A stretch of DNA of 64,000 nt from Eledone cirrhosa. Its lineage: Eukaryota. The number at the start of each line of letters is the position of its first letter. Position 1 is the stretch's first letter. Position numbers and translations under genes: made by a program. This document shows positions 55,204 through 64,000 of the stretch, in pieces. The notes under the pieces were generated by a model that worked only from the letters and a program-made list of their open reading frames with translations, was not told the DNA's origin and searched no databases. The DNA lies in NCBI GenBank assembly GCA_964016885.1, contig OZ024740.1:18848001-18912000 (forward strand), in the 5' to 3' direction.

Positions 55204-56026
55204 ATAATACAAATTTTAAGGAACTCAAGAATAGTATATTAATAAAGTATCAGTAATGCACTGGGTAATTGCCGGCCTTGTGCCTAAAGTAGAAACAATT
55301 ATTTATTTATACATCTCTACGGACGTTTCAATGCGGCTAGAATATCTCATTTATTTGTGGAGAGAACTGGATATTACCAGTTAATTATACAGAGGGCTGT
55401 AAAGTACATCGACCCTATCTCATCTTACCAATGAAAATAGTTTCATAGGTTTCCCCTTAAAAAAAAATGTTTTTCGCTTTGCCTTGTTTTGTTCGTTGTC
55501 TTGTCCTCCTCTCTTTGTTAATTTTCCTATATATATATAGATACATATATATAACGAAGGAATTGTGGTAAGGAACCAGATGGACCATAACGCACCAGAG
55601 TACTCAATACTTAGGGTAGTAGAGTGGGAAATAGGGAAAAAGAATGACCCCGACGGCAGAGCTCAAGCCGTTTCGACGGCTATTTCTGGACTAAATTAGA
55701 ATGTTTAGCCTGGTGAATAAATAGCCGAACTTGTCAAGGGATAAGTCCTTATATGGGAAGATTGGTTAAAATTTGTTGTAAACACAAATAAGTCTATCTG
55801 CTGTATACATATCACTTTCAACGCTTGACGGGCTTCACTCCCCTATTCTTCGACAGGCAAGTTCAGCCACCCCTACCTCCCACCAAATGCCATGATAGCC
55901 TTATTTGTGTTTACAACACATTTTAACCAATCCTCTTGACAACTACAATCTTCCAATATAAACATTCTAAACATTCTAAATAGCCGTCGAAACTGCTTGA
56001 GCTCTGCCGTCGGGGTCATTCTTTTC

Positions 56027-56064
<38 letters not shown>

Positions 56065-56836
56065 TCGAATATAAGTCGATTCCCCTATTTTATGCCTAAG
56101 AAATGGGCAAATATCCAACTCCATTTCTAAACCGAGGCAACTAATCAACATATTATGTTTAGATGGCGTGGTTTTGAAATAACTCAACACATGCATTGTT
56201 TTGTTTTCTTTATATATTGTTGAGCCTCTTCAGAAATGCAACACTAGATCTAATGCTAATTTCTAGTTTATGCACAAGGCCAGCAGATTTAGGGCGAAAC
56301 GAAAGTTGATTAAATCAATCCCAGTACTTGACTGGTATTTATATCATCGACCCCGGAAGGATAAAAGGCAAAGTTAACCTTGCCGGGATTTGAACACAGA
56401 CTATAAAGAGCTACTACAATTCAAATACCGCAATAACATTTTATCTGTCCGCCGGGGCTGTGGGGAGGCCACCAATATGATTGACTTGTCATTTTATCAG
56501 TCAGATGTTCTAATGATTCTTTCAAAGCAGCAGCACACATTATTCCCCCCTTCGCCCATTTCAACTCTTGTCCATTAACACAATTGAGATACACAGATAT
56601 TTACAGAAGATTTCCTCTATCTTTAAAAACTACTACTTTTGTCGAATAGTTAATAATTAATACCGCAATAACATTTTATCCGATGCTCTACCAATTCTGC
56701 CACTCCACCACCATGACGCTAATTCTAATATTCCACAACAAATTTGCATCGGAATTTTTATATGATGCATTGCAATAGTTTAGAAAAATTGTTTGAACAA
56801 CACTTAAGTCATCACTAATTAACACTATAACCTGTC

Positions 56837-57135
56837 CAGAGTTGGGTTTAGACCTTGGGCCCCCCAGTGCACTCCAGGTTTGAGGGAAGGGGCCTCATAC
56901 ACAAAAAATTAGAAAACACAGCAAACTCCGCAATTTTCCATATCCAAGTTAGCTTGGTGCAAGTAATTAGAATTGAAACGTTATACACAGAGATATTAAA
57001 TTTTAACCATCCTAAAACTAAAAAAAACCAACAGAAGGGACGAATAAATTGCTACAGCCGTCGCTGGTGGGGCCTCCCTTACTGCAGGGGGCCCAAGGCA
57101 ATTGCCTCCTTTGTTCTCCCTTAAATCCGACCCTG
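56837..57135. mobile_element. Non-autonomous TIR DNA transposon (hAT-like MITE)
   Basis: Imperfect TIRs CAGAGTTGGGTTTA / TAAATCCGACCCTG; 8-bp TSD AACCTGTC (56829-36) / AACCTGCC (57136-43). Confidence 0.75.
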
Positions 57136-57465
57136 AACCTGCCTATAGTACTCTCTCTAGCAGCTTCTATATTCTACTTTTGTATGGTATTTTATATAAT
57201 TTTATAATTCCAAATAATTTACGAATACATTTATTCTCCGTTCTCACACTAAAATCTCTTACATTTCCTACTTCAACTACTAGTTTATCAGTCACAGTAC
57301 TAATACTATTTTTTATCTATATATAAATTTGAGCGATTTCCGTCCGTCACACATGTGTGTGTTTGTGTAAATGTGTGTGTGTAAAAAGAAGGAAAGAACT
57401 ATAGCAAAACAACGGCTGGCGTTTTATTTGCTTCGTTGTGTGTGAGTGTATGTGTGTGTTTGTGT

Positions 57466-57732
57466 AGAGAGTCAGACACCATGCTTTGCGGCATAGAGTT
57501 ATGGCCCTTTATGATCTGAGTTCAAATCTCGTCGAGGTTATCTTTGCCTTTCATCCTTACGGGGTCGATAAAATAAAGCACCAATAATGCACTGGGGTTG
57601 ATTTAATCGACTTTCCCCTCCCCAAAATTGTTGGCCTATACTAGAAATCATTATTAATGGTCCATAGGCCAGTGGCAGTATCGACTTTCCCCTCCCCCAA
57701 AATATTGGTTTTGTGCCTATACTAGAAACCAT
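57466..57732 (+). mobile_element. tRNA-derived SINE with duplicated 3' end (further - strand copies at 55035-55140 and 56257-56400)
   Basis: Box B and body; ATCGACTTTCCCCTCCC..CCTATACTAGAAA occurs twice. Confidence 0.82.
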
Positions 57733-58309
57733 TGTTAACGGTCCATGACAAACTTTTTTATATGTTTTATTACTATTAGAGTTCTAATCACAATCCATTC
57801 CCAATTCTTTAGCTAACATCACCAACTAATATTTCCTACATATAAACTCCAAATTTCCTGTTGCTTTATCCACTGACACTGCAATACACGTATCATATAT
57901 CATACTTATGAACTGTTTAGCTTCACATATTTCAAGAACTGAATCTTTTCTAACAATCTGATACATTCTTCTAATACTTTCTATAATCAAGTTAGTAACC
58001 TTCTGTTTCCAAACATGAAAGCCACCAGAAACTAGTTTGGTTTTCCAGTTAATATTGAACTTAAAATTATATCTTCTAATTTACAACTACGTATTTCTCC
58101 AAATTCCCTTTTTTTGTATCTTTCATAAATATTATCCTTAAGTCTCTATTTCTAATTATACTTAAATATTCTCTACCACTAGGTAGCAAAACCTAGAATA
58201 TTTACAATCACAAGGACGATGACAAATCTCCAGAACATTCTTAATACTTATATCGGACAAATATTTAAGCCGAAAAAATAAAAAATAAAAGACTATATTT
58301 CTATCGGCC

Positions 58310-59750
58310 ACTATCTGCTCCATTATCAGGTCTAGTCTCCAGCAGCTCACGACCCTCACGAGTAAACTGTCATGATGGACGCCCACCCAGCACTCTTCTT
58401 GTTGTGGAACTGCTTCTCTATGCCGAAGTTCCTCTACACATTCGTAGCGCTCCTTGCTACAGCCCCGTATGTTCACCTCGCTGACCTCTACAATTGTATC
58501 CGAGCGGCAGCTGAGGAGATATGCAACGTCAGGTTTGACGACCTTGGATGGCAAAATGCCACCTTACCTATTAGAAATGGTAGCCTTGGACTCCAGTCGC
58601 CGGTCTCGCTGACTTTGGCGGCGTTTCGTTCGTCAGTAACCTCTTACCGCGTCCTCATCAACAGGGTTCTCCAAAACACAATGGAACCCACTGTGATCGC
58701 GGAACGTGAGGCCGCCTGCAGGACTTGGAACCGGCTCGGACTCAGCCCAGTAGACGTCCCCTCTCCTTTTCCCCCTGTTGACGTGAATGCCCCCCCCCCC
58801 TTCCCTGAGCATATGAGATGCCATTCAGTGCAACATGGGCTCGAAGAGACTAGCGCACCATCTCGGCCAACACCACCTCCATCTTTTCGCTCAGCCTCGC
58901 AACCCCACAGCGGTGCATGGCTCAATGACTTACCCTCCTTTTCAACTGACATGCAGCTAGATAATGATAACCTGCGCATTGGGGTTTCCCTGATCTCGGC
59001 CTCCGGATCTGTGAGTTACACAAATGCCACTGCGGTCCACCGTAGACACTTTCGGCCTTCACCCGCTGTCGTATCGCTACAGTGCCGGACGCCTTCCACG
59101 CCCTGCTGCTCTCAATGAGGTCATAAAGCATGGCTTGGATGCTGCAGGCTTCCTCTCCCAGATCAGGTTGGTGGGGCTGGACCAAGGGGACGGCAAAAGG
59201 CCAGAAGGCACGGCCATCTTCCCGTTCCGCGGTGGCAAACCCCTCATCTGGGATGTCACATGCAGCGACACATTCCCCAGCGGCAACCTGGTGCAGCCTG
59301 CGACTAAACCAGGCTCTGCTGCACTTGGGACTGAGGAGGGCAAACTCTCCAAATATCGGTCGCTCTCCGACAAGTTTGTGGTCGAGCCCATAGCAGTGGA
59401 GACCTCTGGTGTCATTGGCCCTAGGGCCACATCCCTACTCATCACTATCGACACAAAGTTGACAACCTGCAGAGGTGAGCCTCGCGAGCTGGAATGGCTC
59501 TTCCAGCGTATATTCCTCAGCATCCTCCGGAGAAACGCCTTCTTTACTCTGTCCGTCGAAGCCTCGGGGTGGCCAGCGAGTGGGCCTCCGTTTGTTCATT
59601 ATTAAGAGATGGGAAGATAGGGAGAGAGGGAGGTGGTTATAGTGGGAATTTTGTTTCTATGTGTTCGGACCTGGTATACACGTGTCTGTGATTTATTTTT
59701 ATTTTTCATTCATGTCTCTATATTAACAAGCTTTTGTCTATCATTAAAAA
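58310..59750 (+). mobile_element. CRE-clade element, longer 3' fragment
   Basis: H.ALFLL.NCFS.PK, WQNATLPIRNGSLGL, then the same RLE region as 50555-51500. Confidence 0.87.
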
Positions 59751-59821
59751 TCGAATCCAAATAGGAATTTTCCAGAGATTTTTTTACAAGTTACCACAGT
59801 ATATTTCGTTTTGACCTTAGT

Positions 59822-60068
59822 AGAGAGTCGGACACCATGCTTCATAGCATGGAGTTACGTCCCTTTACGGTCTGAGTTCAAATACCGCCGAGGTTAACTT
59901 TGCCTTTCATCCTTACGGGGTCGATAAAATAAAGTACCAGTAATACACTGGGATAATTGCTGGCCTTGTGCCAATAGTAGAAACAATTATTTTCTATTAT
60001 CAATTATTTTCTATTATCAATTATTTTCTATTATCAATTATTTTCTATTATCAATTATTTTCTATTAT
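59822..60068 (+). mobile_element. 5'-truncated SINE followed by a 17-bp tandem repeat x5
   Basis: SINE body to about 59990; CAATTATTTTCTATTAT units at 59984-60068. Confidence 0.85.
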
Positions 60069-60151
60069 CCTTACATAAGCTATCTTTTAAAAGACTATCT
60101 TTTATCAATCACGCTGCTTCTAAATATACACATTAAATTCCTTTATTTAAA

Positions 60152-61142
60152 CTAGCAGAAAACCACCGTTCGATTGGTTTTCTGCTAGCATGTGTAGTAT
60201 GTATATTGATATTATACGCAAGTATATATGCATGTAGATATGATACATCAAATAAAATCGTAATTAACAATATACACAGAAATTGAACGAAGTCTATGTT
60301 ACACTGTCTTCTGTAATCAGTAAAGTAATCCATGACACATAAAAAAAAGACGATATTATATATGAACTGCATTCGGAGAAAATTAGCGACGGAAATATAT
60401 GCGATATTTTTATAACTGTTATAATATAATGGCCGCTAACCGGAAGTGTTGACATTTGAAAATGTTAAAGAAGTGAATCTTTAAATAAGCTATAAAATAT
60501 ATTTAATCAACAGCCACGAAATTTAGCCCATAACCTATGTAATATTCATTCATTCGAGGTTAACTCTGCCTTTCATCCTTACGGGGTCAATAAAATAAAG
60601 TACCAGTAATACACTGGGAATTGCTGGCCTTGTGCCTAAAGTAGAAACAATTATTTATTCAAATTAGGGCGGTAGATTGGCAGTATCAGTAGAGGGTCGG
60701 ACGCCATGCTTTGAGTTACGGCCCTTGCTATTCTGAGTTCAAATCCCGCCGAGGTTAACTTTGCCTTTCATCCTTACGGGGTTGATAAAATAAAGTACCA
60801 GTAATGCACTGGGTAATTGCTGGCCTTGTGCCAAAAGTAGAAACAATTATTTATTCAAATTAGGGCGGGGATTGGCAGTATCGGTAGAGGGTCGGACGCC
60901 ATGCTTTGATGCATAGAGTTACGGCCCTTTCCAATCTGAGTTCAAATCCCGCCGAGGTTAACTTTGCCTTTCATCCTTACAGGTCGATAAAATAAAGTAC
61001 CAGTAATGTACTGGGTAATTGCTGGCCTTGTGCCAAAAGTAGAAACAATTATTTATTCAAAGTAATCCAGCTTATGTTACAAACGGGGTAAAAAATATAT
61101 TCTGGACGCAGTCCCGCACTCCTTTCTTTACTATAGTTAAGA
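60152..61142 (-). mobile_element. Non-autonomous Helitron with exact boundaries
   Basis: Minus strand A|TC...CTAG|T with no TSD; paralogous empty site TTTAAA^TTCGAACAC at 51893-51907. Confidence 0.85.
60555..61060 (+). repeat. Head-to-tail SINE trimer (about 196-bp period) inside the Helitron
   Basis: Full units start at 60666 and 60862; every unit ends ACAATTATTTATTCAAA. Confidence 0.88.
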
Positions 61143-61649
61143 TTCAAACACGCTCTTAATAAAACAGCAGAGCTTATTTATCTATACATGGGGTAGAGAT
61201 CTTTTTTAAAATATGTGTAGAATACATGACTATGTTTCAGCCTTATATTATTTTATCGGCGTCTTTTTTTTATCGTTTTTTTTTTTATCGGCGTTTTTTT
61301 AAATATATTTTTTTATAAGTTCTATAGTAAAGTTTTTCAACGCAACATCAACATTTTTAGTCATGAAGTGTCGTTGGTGTATGTTACACTGTTATCTGAA
61401 CATGAACAAATTTCAGATAGAAAACAGCAGATACACCAACTCGGTTCGCACCAAGGAACAATTATAATAAACACATACTTACATCTTAACAGCGAATATC
61501 CTGACAGATACAAAATGTGAACGGTAAAATCCTTATTCTTACTCCGAATACCATTTACTTTCCCCTCCACAAACGATGACACTAGATAAAGAAATCCGTA
61601 AAGTAAAAATAAACATGAATCAACAACGGATATTCTATGAAACTAATTT

Positions 61650-61737
<88 letters not shown>

Positions 61738-61750
61738 TATATAAAGAGAT

Positions 61751-61789
<39 letters not shown>

Positions 61790-61841
61790 ACGCAAAAACA
61801 GATATAGGCATACGCACTATCGTATATAATTATACACACAC

Positions 61842-61875
<34 letters not shown>

Positions 61876-61880
61876 ATACA

Positions 61881-61943
<63 letters not shown>

Positions 61944-62026
61944 TGGGTTTATATTAAAATATAACCTAATGTTTGTTGAGTGAGATGGTTACCAGTCAGA
62001 GATTAGCTTTAAACTCTGTTATTGTA

Positions 62027-62068
<42 letters not shown>

Positions 62069-62190
62069 GGTAAATATTGATGCAATTCAATTCAAGCACT
62101 CAGCGTTCTTTTTCCACATAGGAGTGACGGAGTAATATCGAATAAGGAAAAGCGAAGTAGTTTCAGATGTTCAAGTCCTTTAATAATAAT

Positions 62191-62264
62191 GCTGTGATAT
62201 ATATTTCAGTGACGACACTGGCCACACTGTTCTGTGTGCGAGTGTCGTGTCATCATCAGACAGC
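62191..62264 (-). ncRNA. Type I hammerhead with long stem II
   Basis: gctgt-CTGATGA-[acgacact..cacac/gtgtg..agtgtcgt]-GAAA-tatata-TC-acagc. Confidence 0.7.
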
Positions 62265-62310
62265 TTGTTACATAATAAGGTTATGTTTCCGAAGCAATCC
62301 AAATTGGATC

Positions 62311-62342
<32 letters not shown>

Positions 62343-62563
62343 CGTAGGTCCCGGGTTGAGTCGGGGATAACCACAGTAAGTAAGGTACTCAATACATGGC
62401 AGAGTAAAATTTTTTAATGAAACAGTACTAGTCCTGTAGAAGCTCCTTCTATAAAATATATATATATATATAAGTGTGTGTGTAGAGGTTATATTTAATT
62501 TGTTGGGATACAACAAGCAAAATATTTTTATAACTGATATAAAGTACTCAACAAATTATATTA

Positions 62564-62629
62564 TATTTTATCTGATGAAAGCGCACCATAGTTTACTTTG
62601 GTGGCCCTTGAAATATGTATAATGAAATA
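62564..62629 (+). ncRNA. Type I hammerhead
   Basis: tattttat-CTGATGA-[aag..cacca/tggtg..ctt]-GAAA-tatgta-TA-atgaaata. Confidence 0.68.
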
Positions 62630-62664
62630 AATATTGGTTTTATAAATATAGTTTCCATTTGTTA

Positions 62665-62725
<61 letters not shown>

Positions 62726-62913
62726 AAGGAATTATGGTAAGGAACCAGATGCACCATAACGCACCAGAGTACTCAATACTTAGGGTAGTAGAGTGGGAAA
62801 TAGGAAAAAGTATGACCCCGACGGCAGGGCTCAAGCCGTTTCGACGGCTATTTCTGTCCAGAAATAGCCGTCGAAACGGCTTGAGCTCTGCCGCCGGGGT
62901 AATACTTTTTCCT

Positions 62914-64000
62914 CGGGTATGATTTTACATTCATTTAAATTATTGACGTATTGTTTTATTGATATTTTTTATCTGTTTGGCCCGAATCTTCCTTTATCGA
63001 TTTTAAATCGTATGGTTGATTGTAGACTTGTTCTATATGTGACGGTATTTTAACGATAGTTATAGCTCTGATTCATCTGAATTATTGAGCCCTCTGCCGC
63101 TCATATCGAATTTCGTTTTTCGTGAACTCGTGCGCCGATTTTTCGATACTCGATCTTTCTAATATATTTAGCTCTGGACATAGCTATCCACCAGTTAATT
63201 TTATTGCTCATTTTTTGTCGATTCTATTGAGTGATGAATAGCTTTTGTTTTATTTTAACATGTCTATTGAGCACTCTAATTCGATATGTGTATTTCCACA
63301 TTCACTCGAATTGTTTTCGCGGATATAGGGGTCATCTCCCTTGTCTAATGCCATGTGCGTTTTTCACCGCTAGTTGACTCCTCTGCCGCCAGGAAAAAAC
63401 TCGTTGACAACGTAAACTCCGTTCCACTTATTCTAGTAGGCTTTTATATTTATATGTGAGCTGATAGAGTACAGTCTAAGGATTTACAGAAACCCATGAA
63501 GCTAGATTTAACACCTTTCTAGTGGGTCCGGGTATGATTTTACATTCATTTAAATTATTGACGTATTGTTTTATTGATATTTTTTATCTGTTTGGCCCGA
63601 ATCTTCCTTTATCGATTTTAAATCGTATGGTTGATTGTAGACTTGTTCTATATGTGACGGTATTTTAACGATAGTTATAGCTCTGATTCATCTGAATTAT
63701 TGAGCCCTCTGCCGCTCATATCGAATTTCGTTTTTCGTGAACTCGTGCGCCGATTTTTCGATACTCGATCTTTCTAATATATTTAGCTCTGGACATAGCT
63801 ATCCACCAGTTAATTTTATTGCTCATTTTTTGTCGATTCTATTGAGTGATGAATAGCTTTTGTTTTATTTTAACATGTCTATTGAGCACTCTAATTCGAT
63901 ATGTGTATTTCCACATTCACTCGAATTGTTTTCGCGGATATAGGGGTCATCTCCCTTGTCTAATGCCATGTGCGTTTTTCACCGCTAGTTGACTCCTCTG
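62914..64000. repeat. 615-bp tandem repeat (at least 1.8 copies, runs off the window)
   Basis: CGGGTATGATTTTACATTC.. at 62914 and 63529; copies look identical by eye. Confidence 0.93.

Overview
Repeat-saturated eukaryotic DNA. The tRNA-SINE family, the RTE/R4/Penelope mix and the (TA)n/(ATGT)n/(CA)n load suggest a coleoid cephalopod such as Octopus (inference). No host protein-coding gene is convincingly supported. Main content: a near full-length RTE LINE (APE-RT-3xC2H2; one stop, one poly-T frameshift) at about 7.7-12.6 kb, other RTE remnants and three families of non-autonomous bipartite RTE derivatives. Also present: two R4/Dong-like RLE families sitting in (ATGT)n, a Naiad-like Penelope element with one in-frame TGA, many Penelope termini carrying hammerhead ribozymes in (TA)n, CRE, CR1 and L1/Tx1 remnants, Helitrons, a hAT-type MITE, SINEs and tandem repeats. 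Two observations stand out. (1) A covarying 5'UTR-3'UTR stem clasps the RTE ORF and is kept in all three non-autonomous families. (2) RTE tails generate (ATGT)n arrays that R4-like elements occupy in the opposite orientation. All alignments and folds were done by eye.
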